A stretch of 38,623 nucleotides of DNA, taken from contig CAMYQS010000001.1 in assembly GCA_947296835.1 (NCBI GenBank), positions 1-38,623 on the forward strand, read 5' to 3'. Positions 17,591 to 27,556 of the stretch are shown here, piece by piece. A program made the position numbers and the translations under genes. Within the stretch, counting starts at the first letter, position 1. The number at the start of each line of letters is the position of its first letter. Origin of the DNA: an uncultured Atopostipes sp. GTDB lineage: Bacteria; Bacillota; Bacilli; Lactobacillales; Carnobacteriaceae_A. Below the pieces are notes generated by a model. That model ran no database searches and was not told where the DNA came from. It was given only the letters and a program-made list of their open reading frames with translations.

Positions 17591-18580
17591 TTAGAGAACA
17601 GTGCTCTCGTTTTTCACTAATCCAACCATTTTCTCGTGAGTTTTGTAGAAGTCTGCAACGACTTCTTTTACAACTTCTTGAGCAGGTAGAATCTTGTCCA
17701 TTCGACCAACACCTTGACCCACGCTCAATTGTGCTTGGTCAAATTTACCTTCTTGCATGGCATCATATGAACGTTTTCCTGAAATAAGTGGCATTAATTC
17801 TTCAAGTGTCGCGCCTTCTCTTTCTTTTTCAAGAATTTTTTGTGCAAATGGGTTATTTGCAACACGCATTGCATTTCGAATTGAACGCATCGTTAACACA
17901 GTTCCGTTCTCCGGTAAGTGCATTAACGCTTCTTTATAGCTTTGCGGTGCGTTAATTTCATCCGTTGCTAAGAATCTAGTTCCCATTAGAACACCATCTA
18001 CACCGAGTGACATGGCAGAGTACATACTTTTTCCGTCAACGATTCCTCCAGCGGCAATAACCGGTACAGTTAATTCTTCTGCAGCTTTCGCCCATAAAAT
18101 GTGGCCAGAAACTTCGTCCATTCCTGGATGCCCGCCACCTTCTTGTCCAACTAAGACAATCATATCTGCTCCATCTTCCTGAGCCGATAACGCATGACGA
18201 ACAGACGTCACTTTATGGATAACCGGAATGCCTGCTTCTTTAAACGGCTTAATGAAATGACTTGGCCGTTGACCAGATGTTTCAACAACTGGTACACCTT
18301 CTTCAATTAAGACATTAATATAGTCAAAAATAAGCTCAGGCACAATCACTTCTGGTACAAGTGAAATGTTAAATCCAAAAGGTTTATCCGTTAAACTTTT
18401 AACTTTTCTAATTTCTTTTCGTAAAGATTCTGTGTCTGGAAATGCCATAGACGGAACTAACCCTAATCCTCCAGCGTTTGATACTTCTGCAGCTAATTCA
18501 CCTAAAGACATATATTGCATAGATCCTTGAATAATCGGATATTCAATACCTAATATTTCAGTTACTCGTGTTTTTATCAT
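17591..18580 (-). CDS. Nitronate monooxygenase/FabK-like FMN oxidoreductase
   Basis: LGIEYPIIQGSM, AEVSNAGGLG, GQEGGGH, VIAAGGIVDG, GVLMGTRF. Confidence 0.88.
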   Translation of the reverse strand: MIKTRVTEILGIEYPIIQGSMQYMSLGELAAEVSNAGGLGLVPSMAFPDTESLRKEIRKVKSLTDKPFGFNISLVPEVIVPELIFDYINVLIEEGVPVVETSGQRPSHFIKPFKEAGIPVIHKVTSVRHALSAQEDGADMIVLVGQEGGGHPGMDEVSGHILWAKAAEELTVPVIAAGGIVDGKSMYSAMSLGVDGVLMGTRFLATDEINAPQSYKEALMHLPENGTVLTMRSIRNAMRVANNPFAQKILEKEREGATLEELMPLISGKRSYDAMQEGKFDQAQLSVGQGVGRMDKILPAQEVVKEVVADFYKTHEKMVGLVKNESTVL

Positions 18581-18676
18581 GTTCGATTGCTCCTTATTTT
18601 CTGATTCATTTCATTACAGTGAAAGAAATAAAGTAGAACCAATCTAAAATAGAGACTAATTTAAAATTTTCGTTTT

Positions 18677-19609
18677 TTAATAATCGTATTTTAGTGTTTC
18701 ATCATCAAAATAGAAGTATTCCAAGATAGAATTAAATACGAAGGACTCAACCGTTCCATAGACTTTTTTGACGGGTCTCGCTAAAACTGGGATGTATGAA
18801 ATCGGATCTTCGAATCGTTTCTCAACGACACCGATATAGTCCACTCGTTTCATAAATCGCGTGAAATAGATGGTTGGTAAAATGGCAATGTGATTATTCT
18901 CCAGAACAGATTCAATCATATAATCCCATGATTCTGAGGTGAATAATAAGTTCGACATACCTCCATGCTCTTCTAATTTCTCTTCTAATAAATGATAAAC
19001 TTTATCTTTTTCATTGTAAGTAACAAATTGATAGTTTTTTAAATCTTCCCACTTTAATATACGCTTCGTCGCTAATGGATGATCGGGGCTCATGAATGCC
19101 GCAACTTCTGTCCGCATAAGTTGATGTTCTTCAAATTCACTCGGGTTCAACTCTGTTGGATGAACTAAGATTGCTGCTTGAACTGCATGATCAATGAGCT
19201 TTTCTCGAAGTTCAAGGGTTCCACCTTCAACAACATTTATATAGGCTTCTTTATTCTCTGATAAAAATCTTGGAATAAAATTTGTGAAAAATAATCGTAA
19301 TACCGTTGGGTGGATACCAATCTTGATCGTTCCTTTTTGTTGTGACGAGGCATCTTTCAATGTATTTTCTAAATCATAGTATCGTTCGAGTACGCGTTGA
19401 GAAGACTGATAAATCTTCATTCCAGCTGAAGTCAGATTTGTAATCCTCCCATTTTTACGCACAAATAAGTCTACTTCATTTTGATTTTCAAAATTAATAA
19501 TGAATTGACTAATCGCAGACTGTGATACATATAATTTTTGTGATGCCGCTGTAATATTAAAGTTTGATTGTACAATTTCTACTAAGTATTCCATTTGGCT
19601 AATGTTCAT
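18677..19609 (-). CDS. LysR-family transcriptional regulator
   Basis: NITAASQKLYVSQSAISQFI...LFVR...LTSAG HTH and substrate-binding domain. Confidence 0.92.
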   Translation of the reverse strand: MNISQMEYLVEIVQSNFNITAASQKLYVSQSAISQFIINFENQNEVDLFVRKNGRITNLTSAGMKIYQSSQRVLERYYDLENTLKDASSQQKGTIKIGIHPTVLRLFFTNFIPRFLSENKEAYINVVEGGTLELREKLIDHAVQAAILVHPTELNPSEFEEHQLMRTEVAAFMSPDHPLATKRILKWEDLKNYQFVTYNEKDKVYHLLEEKLEEHGGMSNLLFTSESWDYMIESVLENNHIAILPTIYFTRFMKRVDYIGVVEKRFEDPISYIPVLARPVKKVYGTVESFVFNSILEYFYFDDETLKYDY

Positions 19610-19665
19610 GAGTAAGTGCTCCTTATGTTAAAATAGTACTATTATATTAACATAAAACGTTTTCG

Positions 19666-20445
19666 CTATTTGAATTTTGGATGCCTTTTATTCAAAAATG
19701 CATCAACAGCTTCTTTATGATCTGCACTCTTTGAAGCCTTGTTCATCACTTCAGCTTCTTTTTTATTAAACTCATCAATTCCTGGGTAAAACATTTCAGC
19801 CATTAGTTCTTTTTGGTAGCCTAATGCTTCTGTTGGACCAAACGCTAGCTTCCCTGCTAATTCGGTAACCGTATCTGCGATTTCTGCATCTTTCACAACG
19901 GCATAGGCAATGCCATATTCAGCTGCTAACTCAGCAGTAATTGGTTCACCTAACATGACATGGCGTTTTGTACGGAATGTACCAATTGCTTGTTGTAATG
20001 TATACAGTAAACCAGTATCTCCTGGGAAAGCCATCTGGATAAAGGCTGTAACTAAGTGACTCGACTCACCCATAACGATGAAATCACACGCCATAGCTAA
20101 ACCTAACCCTGCACCTGCTGCAACACCATTTACCGCTGCAATAATGGGTTTTGAATTCTGTTTTACACTCTTCACCATACGCCCTGTTAGGAGAACAGCT
20201 TCCTTACTAACTTCTTGGCCTTCATCAATAAGTTGTTGGAAATAGTTCACATCTCCACCAGCACTAAAGTGATTGCCGACACCTGTTATAACAGCTACTT
20301 TTACGTTGTCATCTTGATTAATTTCATTCATTACGTCAATAATTTCTTGATACGTTGTTTCACCAAACGCATTTCGGTATGATTCACGATTGATTTGTAC
20401 GATTCCTACATGATTTTGTACATCGTATAGAATTGTCTTAGACAT
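19666..20445 (-). CDS. Enoyl-CoA hydratase/isomerase (crotonase, PaaG-like)
   Basis: FSAGGDV, KPIIAAVNGVAAGAGLGLAMACD, DHKEAVDAFLNKRHPKF. Confidence 0.9.
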   Translation of the reverse strand: MSKTILYDVQNHVGIVQINRESYRNAFGETTYQEIIDVMNEINQDDNVKVAVITGVGNHFSAGGDVNYFQQLIDEGQEVSKEAVLLTGRMVKSVKQNSKPIIAAVNGVAAGAGLGLAMACDFIVMGESSHLVTAFIQMAFPGDTGLLYTLQQAIGTFRTKRHVMLGEPITAELAAEYGIAYAVVKDAEIADTVTELAGKLAFGPTEALGYQKELMAEMFYPGIDEFNKKEAEVMNKASKSADHKEAVDAFLNKRHPKFK

Positions 20446-20472
20446 TATTTACTCTCCTTATTTTAAAACAAT

Positions 20473-20515
20473 AAAGGCTATTTCACCCGATTGTTATCGA
20501 TGAAATAGCCCTTTT
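20473..20515 (-). terminator. Terminator/hairpin after fadA
   Basis: GGCTATTTCA...TGAAATAGCC inverted repeat with A/T flanks. Confidence 0.7.
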
Positions 20516-20552
20516 GTTTTCTTCATCAATACTTAAATGTCAATTGTTGATT

Positions 20553-21740
20553 TTAATGAAGATATTCGAATATTCCTGCAGCACCCATTCCAACACCGAT
20601 ACACATTGATACGATTCCGTATTTCGAGTCTGGACGTCGTGACATTTCGTTCAATAGGCGTGCTGTTAGAATTGCACCACTTGCGCCTAATGGATGTCCT
20701 AGTGCAATTGCTCCACCATTTACGTTTGTAATGTCTGTATCGATACCTAATTCACGAACTGAAGCTAATGCTTGAGAAGCGAATGCTTCGTTTAATTCAA
20801 TTAAGTCGATATCCTCTAATGATAAGTTTGCTAATTTTAGGACTTCTGGAATAGCGTAAGCTGGTCCAATTCCCATTAACTTCGGATCAACACCGACTGC
20901 TTTAAAACCTACAAAGCGCGCAATTGGTTTAATGCCTAATTCTTTAACTTTATCACCTGACATTAAGATAACGAATGATGCTCCATCACTTACTTGTGAA
21001 GAAGAAGCTGCGGTAACTGATCCGTTCGCCTTAAAGATTGTTGGTAATTTTGCTAACGTCTCGACATTTGAGTTTGGACGAATTCCTTCATCCACATCAA
21101 ACATTTCTTTTGTTACTTGAGGTCCGTTTTCAGTATAAGATACTTTGTTAATCTCAACTGGGATGATTTCATCCTTTAGACGTCCTTCGGTTTGAGCAGA
21201 ATGTGCTCTTTGGTGACTTTGAACTGCAAATGCATCTTGATCATCACGCGATACATTGTATTTATCTGCTACGTTCTCAGCCGTTAAGCCCATTGGGTAT
21301 GAAGCTCCAACGTCTTCAGCCTGAAGAGTTGGGTTATTTGTTGGCTCGTTTCCACCCATTGGTACTGCACTCATAAACTCTACTCCACCTGCTGCTACAA
21401 CATCTGATTGGCCTGCCATAATTGCATTCGCAGCCATCGCAATCGTTTGTAAACCAGATGAACAGTAACGGTTTACCGTTTGTCCTGGAACTGTGTGAGG
21501 AAGGCCTGCTCTTAATGCAATCGTTCTTGCAAAGTTCATTCCTTGCTCTCCTTCTGGGAAAGCATTTCCTACAATAACATCTTCAATTAAAGCAGGATCA
21601 AAGTCCCCATCTACTCGTTCAATAACACCTTTTAATACTTGAGCTGCGACGTCATCCGCTCTCGTGTGAGCATAAGCACCATTGGCTTTACCTCTACCCG
21701 TTGCGGCACGTCCATAAGCTACTACATACGCATCTTGCAT
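20553..21740 (-). CDS. fadA: Acetyl-CoA C-acyltransferase (3-ketoacyl-CoA thiolase)
   Basis: TVNRYCSSGLQ, ELNEAFA, GGAIALGHPLGASG, SMCIGVGMG. Confidence 0.93.
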   Translation of the reverse strand: MQDAYVVAYGRAATGRGKANGAYAHTRADDVAAQVLKGVIERVDGDFDPALIEDVIVGNAFPEGEQGMNFARTIALRAGLPHTVPGQTVNRYCSSGLQTIAMAANAIMAGQSDVVAAGGVEFMSAVPMGGNEPTNNPTLQAEDVGASYPMGLTAENVADKYNVSRDDQDAFAVQSHQRAHSAQTEGRLKDEIIPVEINKVSYTENGPQVTKEMFDVDEGIRPNSNVETLAKLPTIFKANGSVTAASSSQVSDGASFVILMSGDKVKELGIKPIARFVGFKAVGVDPKLMGIGPAYAIPEVLKLANLSLEDIDLIELNEAFASQALASVRELGIDTDITNVNGGAIALGHPLGASGAILTARLLNEMSRRPDSKYGIVSMCIGVGMGAAGIFEYLH

Positions 21741-21782
21741 ACTATTTCATTCCCCTTTTATTTACTGGAATTCTAATCAACA

Positions 21783-24038
21783 TTAGTTTCTTAGTGGTTT
21801 CTTCTTCTCTAGCATATGAGCAATTCTCTCATACGTTTTTTGGTTCTTAGCTAGGCGAACGAATTGCTCTTTCTCTAGATGTTGAACCCATTTTTGGTTG
21901 ATGTATGTTCTCTTAGGAACTTTTCCACCTGCTAAAGTATCTGCAACCGCTAATCCTAATTCCATGTCATAATCACTAATGAAGTGTCCTAAGCGCATTG
22001 AATCTAATTGTCCTTCAACGACCGCTGTAAAGTCTTCACCTAGTGCTTCAAATGTTACTTCTGTATGTGGAACATAGTTTGTACGTGCCATAAAGTCTGC
22101 TTTTTCTAAAGCAACTGTGATACGGCTGTCCCCATTCGCGATAATTGTATCTGTATCGCGTAAAATTAAGTCACGACGAGCTTCATAGGCACTCATTGCT
22201 ACGTGACCCATTGCAATTCGAGTTACAACGTCTGCCATTATATTAATTTTATTTGCTTTTTGACCAGGGGCTGTTAGCACACGTTCAGCTAATTCAGCTA
22301 ATCCACCACCACTTGGAATAACACCTACTCCAACTTCAACAAGTCCAATGTAACTTTCGGCTGCTGCAACAACCGCTGGCGAAGCTAATAAGATTTCTGC
22401 TCCTCCACCTAATGCACGTCCTTGAGTCGCTGTTACGATCGGTTTTGTAGAGTAACGTAGACGGTTTACCGCGTCATGTAAGTTAGCAACTTGTGCACCA
22501 ATTAACTCATCTACTTTATCTTTTTCGATTGCTGTTTTAACACCATATAAGTTTGCACCCACACTGAAGTTTGGCCCCTCAGTATAGATAACCATACTTG
22601 AGTAGTGTCCATTTTCTAATGTGTCTACTGCTTCGATTAAGTCATCGCCTAATCCTGGTGTTAATGTATTGTTTGGTGTTTGGAATTTGAATAATAATTG
22701 GTTATTATCCGTTACACTTAGTTTCGAATCGTCACCATCCCAAACGTCTTCTGTAACAAATTCTTCTACCGGTGTTACGTTTTCTAATGTTTCGTTTTCT
22801 TCGTAGAAAGGCTCCGTACGGTCTGCTACCCATTTTGGTAACTCGCCATATTCTTTTTCAAGACGCTCTTTTACGCGTTCGAATCCCATTAGATCCCATA
22901 ATTGGAATGGACCTTTACGCCAGTTGAATCCCCATACCATTGCACGGTCAATATCTTTGTAGTTGTCCGTGGCTTTCGGTACGTTGTTCGCTGCATAGAA
23001 GAACGTGTTACTTAATGTTTCCCATAGTAACGTTCCTGCTTTGTCATCTGCGTTGAAAATAATATCCATATTTTCTTTTAGGTCTTTACCTAATTTATCT
23101 AAGATTTCTAATTTCGGTTTTTCTGCTTCTGAGTATTCCATTGTTTCAGGATTAATTACATTGTATTTACCGTTTTCTTTCTTGTAAAAACCTTTACCTG
23201 TTTTGTTTCCTAACGATCCTGCTTCATATAATTTCATAATTAATGAAGATTGGTTAAAGAATTTCTCTTCAGAAGGGTCTTGCATTAAACCACCAACTAC
23301 GAACATTGCAACATCTAAACCAACTAAATCGGCTAGTCTGTAAGTTCCCATTGGGCGACCAATAACTTTACCAGTTAATGCGTCTAACTCAGGAACTGTA
23401 AATCCTGCTTTTTCTGCACGGTACATTGCATCCGACATTGATTGTGTTCCTGTACGGTTTGCAACGAATGCTGGTACGTCTTTTGCATTTACAACACCTT
23501 TACCTAACACGTTCTCAGTAAAGTCTGATAATTCAGTTAAGACTTCTTCACTCGTTTCTGCGTTTGGAATAATCTCAACTAATTTCATGTAACGCGGTGG
23601 GTTAAAGAAGTGCAGCCCTGCGAAACGCTTTTTATCCTCTTCAGATAATGCTTCTGCAATCTTGTTGATTGGAATACCTGAAGTATTTGTTGCTAAAATT
23701 GCATCTTCTTTTGCGATACTTGCAATCTTCGTCCAAATATCATGTTTGATTTTGATATCTTCTTTAACTGCTTCAATAAAGATATCCGAATCTGAAGCTT
23801 CTTTTAAGTTATCCTCAAAGTTACCATATGTTAGGTTTCCTTTAAATGAATCATCATATAATTGGCTCTGTCTAGGGTTCGTAATTTGATCATATCCCTG
23901 TTTCGATAATTTGTTACGGTCTTCCTCATCAATTACAATATCCAGTAACTCAACTTTGAGTCCGGCGTTTACTAATAACGCAGCGATTTGACTTCCCATC
24001 ACTCCTGCGCCTAATACGGTTGCTTTTCTTATTGTCAT
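21783..24038 (-). CDS. fadB: 3-hydroxyacyl-CoA dehydrogenase/enoyl-CoA hydratase (FadB/FadN type)
   Basis: VLGAGVMGSQIA, TNTSGIP, HFFNPPRYMKLVE, and a C-terminal crotonase domain (FSVGANL, ALGGGAE, GLVEVGVG). Confidence 0.92.
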   Translation of the reverse strand: MTIRKATVLGAGVMGSQIAALLVNAGLKVELLDIVIDEEDRNKLSKQGYDQITNPRQSQLYDDSFKGNLTYGNFEDNLKEASDSDIFIEAVKEDIKIKHDIWTKIASIAKEDAILATNTSGIPINKIAEALSEEDKKRFAGLHFFNPPRYMKLVEIIPNAETSEEVLTELSDFTENVLGKGVVNAKDVPAFVANRTGTQSMSDAMYRAEKAGFTVPELDALTGKVIGRPMGTYRLADLVGLDVAMFVVGGLMQDPSEEKFFNQSSLIMKLYEAGSLGNKTGKGFYKKENGKYNVINPETMEYSEAEKPKLEILDKLGKDLKENMDIIFNADDKAGTLLWETLSNTFFYAANNVPKATDNYKDIDRAMVWGFNWRKGPFQLWDLMGFERVKERLEKEYGELPKWVADRTEPFYEENETLENVTPVEEFVTEDVWDGDDSKLSVTDNNQLLFKFQTPNNTLTPGLGDDLIEAVDTLENGHYSSMVIYTEGPNFSVGANLYGVKTAIEKDKVDELIGAQVANLHDAVNRLRYSTKPIVTATQGRALGGGAEILLASPAVVAAAESYIGLVEVGVGVIPSGGGLAELAERVLTAPGQKANKINIMADVVTRIAMGHVAMSAYEARRDLILRDTDTIIANGDSRITVALEKADFMARTNYVPHTEVTFEALGEDFTAVVEGQLDSMRLGHFISDYDMELGLAVADTLAGGKVPKRTYINQKWVQHLEKEQFVRLAKNQKTYERIAHMLEKKKPLRN

Positions 24039-24088
24039 TCTGATTCCTCCAGAATTATTTTGCGTCTAATATTATTTTTTATAAAAGG

Positions 24089-24129
24089 AAGGACAAATCT
24101 CATTCCCAATTTGTATAGCGATTTGTCCT
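24089..24129 (-). terminator. Intergenic hairpin between acyl-CoA dehydrogenase and fadB
   Basis: AGGACAAATC...GATTTGTCCT inverted repeat. Confidence 0.5.
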
Positions 24130-24142
24130 AGATATGGTTAAC

Positions 24143-25360
24143 TTAGTTAAATGCTGACACACCAGTCATTGCACGACCGATAACTAAAGCATTAATTTCA
24201 TGTGTTCCTTCGTAAGTGAATACAGCTTCTGCATCGCCGAAGAAGCGTGCGATATCATTTTCTACAAGGATACCGTTTCCTCCACAGATTCCGCGGCCCA
24301 TTGCTACCGTTTCACGTAAACGTAAAGCGTTTGACATTTTACCGATTGATGTAGCAACTTCGTCATACTTACCTTCTTCTTGCAACTTAGCAATACGCGC
24401 TGATAATGCCATAGCGTTCGTTAAGTTTGATTGCATCATAGCTAATTTTTCTTGAACTAATTGGTAGTTTGAAATCTTCTTACCAAATTGCTCTCTCTCA
24501 GTAACATATTTCAATGTTGCTTGTAGTGCTCCAGCCATAGCTCCTGTTGCCATATATGCAACACCTGCACGAGTTGAGTAAAGAATCTTAGCGATATCTC
24601 TGAAACGAGTGATGTTTTCTAGACGATCTTCTTCTAGGACTTCTACGTTTGTTAAAGTGATATCACAGTTTGGAACAATCTTTAATGCAATCTTATTTTG
24701 AATAACATCAATGTCTACACCTTCTTGTTCTCTACGAACGATAAATGCTCTTGGTTTTCCTGTTTCTGCATCACGTGCAAATACCGGAATAACATCCGCT
24801 ACGTTCGCTCCACCAATCCAACGTTTTGATCCGTTTAGAATCCATTTGTCACCTTCTTGGCGAGCTTCTGTTTCTAATCCCCAAGCTACGTCTGATCCGT
24901 GATCTGGTTCTGTTAGTGCAAAACATGTACGTAATTCGTGTGTTGCTAATGGTAGAATGTACTTTTCTTTTTGCTCTTTGTTTCCACCGAATAGGAATGT
25001 ATTAAATCCTAATCCTGAGTGAACACCTAATAATGTGTTTAATGAAACATCGAATCTAGCTAGTGTGTATGCAAACATGAACTGGAAGTGTTGGCTTGGC
25101 CCAAATGCACCCTCGCGTCCTTCATATAATAGTGGGTTCGTGTAGTAACCTAATTTACCCATGTCTTCAAAGAAGCCTTCAGGGACTGTTGCATTTGCCC
25201 AGTGGTCATTTAAATCTTTACGATACTTTGTTTCTAACAACTCTACTAATTGTCTTAAAAACTCTAACTCACCATCAGATAATTCATCACTAAACTTTAA
25301 TACGTCTTCTGGAAATAATTCTTTTAATAATTCTTCTCTATTCTCTAATACTGTAGTCAT
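24143..25360 (-). CDS. Acyl-CoA dehydrogenase (glutaryl-CoA dehydrogenase-like clade), paralog 1
   Basis: CFALTEPDHGSD, NGSKRWIG, REQFGK, GGNGI, FTYEGTHEIN. Confidence 0.92.
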   Translation of the reverse strand: MTTVLENREELLKELFPEDVLKFSDELSDGELEFLRQLVELLETKYRKDLNDHWANATVPEGFFEDMGKLGYYTNPLLYEGREGAFGPSQHFQFMFAYTLARFDVSLNTLLGVHSGLGFNTFLFGGNKEQKEKYILPLATHELRTCFALTEPDHGSDVAWGLETEARQEGDKWILNGSKRWIGGANVADVIPVFARDAETGKPRAFIVRREQEGVDIDVIQNKIALKIVPNCDITLTNVEVLEEDRLENITRFRDIAKILYSTRAGVAYMATGAMAGALQATLKYVTEREQFGKKISNYQLVQEKLAMMQSNLTNAMALSARIAKLQEEGKYDEVATSIGKMSNALRLRETVAMGRGICGGNGILVENDIARFFGDAEAVFTYEGTHEINALVIGRAMTGVSAFN

Positions 25361-25390
25361 CTTTATCCTCCAAGTTCATTTTTGATTGTG

Positions 25391-25406
25391 TTGCAGGCGC
25401 TTACAA
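25391..25406 (-). promoter_or_regulatory. cre-like site upstream of acyl-CoA dehydrogenase
   Basis: TTGTAAGCGCCTGCAA on the - strand. Confidence 0.6.
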
Positions 25407-25484
25407 CATAATCTTAAGTGTGTAGTTACTTTTAAACAAATAACGGTATCTAATGTGTTACATAACTTTTATTAATCTCGCCGA

Positions 25485-27017
25485 TTATTTACTTAATTCT
25501 TCAACATCAAGTGTACCAGCTGCTTCATTCATTAAACGTTGTAATTCTAAGCGATCCGGCTTAGCTGTCGAGTTTAATGGAATTTCAGTTAATTCAAGAT
25601 AGAACTTAGGTGTTTTATATCCAGCTAAGTTTTTCAGCATGAATTCGTCTAGTATTTCTTTGTAGTTATCGTATCCTTTTGCATCCTTGTTTAATATAAC
25701 AACTGCTCCAACGGATTCACCAAACTTAGGATGTTCGTAACCAACTACGATACCTTGTGAGATTAATGGGTGTTTGTTTAGTACTGCTTCAACTTCTGAA
25801 GGCAAGACGTTCTCTCCACCCGTAATAATTAACTCTTTCAGACGGTTAACAATTGTTAATTCACCGCTTTCGTTTTCAACTGCTAAATCTCCTGTGCGGA
25901 AGTAGCCATCTACGAATGCTTTCTCGTTCTCTTCAGGTAAGTTATAATATCCAGGTGTTACGCTTGGTCCACGGATAATTAACTCTCCCATTTCACCTAA
26001 AGGTACTTCATTCATCTCTTCATCTACAATCTTATGTGCCAAGTTCATAACTGGACGTCCGATTGATGTTTCGTTTGCTAAAGCTGCTTCGTTACTATTA
26101 TAAGTAACTAGAGGTGCTTCAGTTAAGCCGTATGCGTTAACAATAATCTTACCTAGTTGCTTGAAGTGATCTTGTACTGCTGGAAGTGGTGCTGATCCAC
26201 CAGATGCAAACAGCTCAACACTATCCCACTGCTCAATTGAAAACTCTGGGTCAAAGATCATTCCAAAGTACATTGCTGGAATCAAAACTAGGATTGTTGG
26301 TTTGTATTTTTCGATTAGCTTGTTAATTTGTAAGTGATCAAAGTATCTTTGTAAAACTGTCGTTCCACCCACCATTAATGCAGGAAGTACAATATCAATG
26401 AATCCTACAACGTGGAACATTGGCGCTGCAGCAACTGTAACTGTTTCATCAGTTAAGTTCCATGACATTATTTCATTATAGATATTGTTACGGTATGACT
26501 CATGTGTATGGATAACCCCTTTAGGTTTACCCGTTGATCCACTTGTGTAGATTAACATTGCCATGTCGTCTGACTCATGGCTTACTGTCTTAAATGGTTC
26601 ATGAGTAGATGGGTCAACAATTTCATTGTATTCATCATGGTCAACGTTATACTTTAAGTATTCTTTTGGTAAGTTAGTTAAACGTTCGTAATGGTTATCT
26701 GCATATGCAATATACTTAATGCCTGCATCTTTAATAACACCTTCTATTTCAATAGGTTTTAGTCGCCAGTTCAGCGGTACAAACACTGCACCAACCTTGA
26801 TAGACGCGAATAAAAAGTCCATGATTGCTACATCATTCGGCACGTTTACTCCAACACGGTCACCTTTTTGAACACCATCTCTGACCATTTGGTTAGCTAA
26901 GTTCTCCGCACGAATGTTTAACTCTTTGTACGTCCACTCTGTTTCTTTAATCGGGTCGATGATAGCTACTTTGTCCGGGTGTGTGAGTGCTCTAGTTTTA
27001 ATCCAATCGAAATTCAT
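25485..27017 (-). CDS. Long-chain fatty acid-CoA ligase (AMP-binding)
   Basis: YTSGSTGKPKG, AYGLTE, YFRTGD, RLKELIITGGENV. Confidence 0.92.
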   Translation of the reverse strand: MNFDWIKTRALTHPDKVAIIDPIKETEWTYKELNIRAENLANQMVRDGVQKGDRVGVNVPNDVAIMDFLFASIKVGAVFVPLNWRLKPIEIEGVIKDAGIKYIAYADNHYERLTNLPKEYLKYNVDHDEYNEIVDPSTHEPFKTVSHESDDMAMLIYTSGSTGKPKGVIHTHESYRNNIYNEIMSWNLTDETVTVAAAPMFHVVGFIDIVLPALMVGGTTVLQRYFDHLQINKLIEKYKPTILVLIPAMYFGMIFDPEFSIEQWDSVELFASGGSAPLPAVQDHFKQLGKIIVNAYGLTEAPLVTYNSNEAALANETSIGRPVMNLAHKIVDEEMNEVPLGEMGELIIRGPSVTPGYYNLPEENEKAFVDGYFRTGDLAVENESGELTIVNRLKELIITGGENVLPSEVEAVLNKHPLISQGIVVGYEHPKFGESVGAVVILNKDAKGYDNYKEILDEFMLKNLAGYKTPKFYLELTEIPLNSTAKPDRLELQRLMNEAAGTLDVEELSK

Positions 27018-27046
27018 TTTACTTCCCCTTTTTAAACGAAATCTAT

Positions 27047-27061
27047 TTGTAAGCGCCTACA
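27047..27061. promoter_or_regulatory. cre-like site upstream of the CoA ligase
   Basis: TGTAAGCGCCTACA, near-identical to the site at 25391. Confidence 0.65.
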
Positions 27062-27240
27062 AATTTGTTAACCCTAGTGTATACGTGGAAGCAACAACTG
27101 TAAAATAAGTATAAATTTAATTTACCATTAGCTCGTCTTATCGAATGACGTTTTTGGCTAATAGTACATTTTTGAAGAAGCAGCGCGTTTTTGTGAAACG
27201 AACCCCAAAATCGCTATATTGAGTCCGCAATTATTGTTTA

Positions 27241-27414
27241 TTTTAAAATCATACTGTTTTAACATATAGAGTACCGGTATATTTTAATATCGTGCTGTTT
27301 TAACATGTAGAGTACCGGTATATTTTAATATCGTGCTGTTTTAACATGTAGAGTGCCGATATATTTTAAAATCGTGCTGTTTTAACATATAGAGTACCGG
27401 TATATTTTAATATC
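27241..27414. repeat. About 4.2 x 41-bp tandem repeat
   Basis: Unit CTGTTTTAACATRTAGAGTACCGGTATATTTTAATATCGTG starting at 27254, 27295, 27336 and 27377, with no spacers. Confidence 0.95.
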
Positions 27415-27509
27415 TGACTTTTTTAAAATATACCCTCATTAAGACCCCCGATTTTACTACTTACCACAAGCACAAGGTCTTCAGAATGAACATTTCACAA
27501 AGAGAAAAG

Positions 27510-27546
27510 AAAAAGACCCAATTGCGAAAATCGCAACTGAGTCTTA
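27510..27546 (-). terminator. Terminator after uxuA
   Basis: AAGACcCAaTTGCGA-AAA-TCGCAAcTGaGTCTT with an A-tract. Confidence 0.75.
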
Positions 27547-27556
27547 AAGTTAAAAT

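Noticed and set aside
27241..27414. CRISPR array
   Set aside because: The units are contiguous and near-identical with no unique spacers, and there are no cas genes. The same applies to 4141-4220 and 11651-11770.
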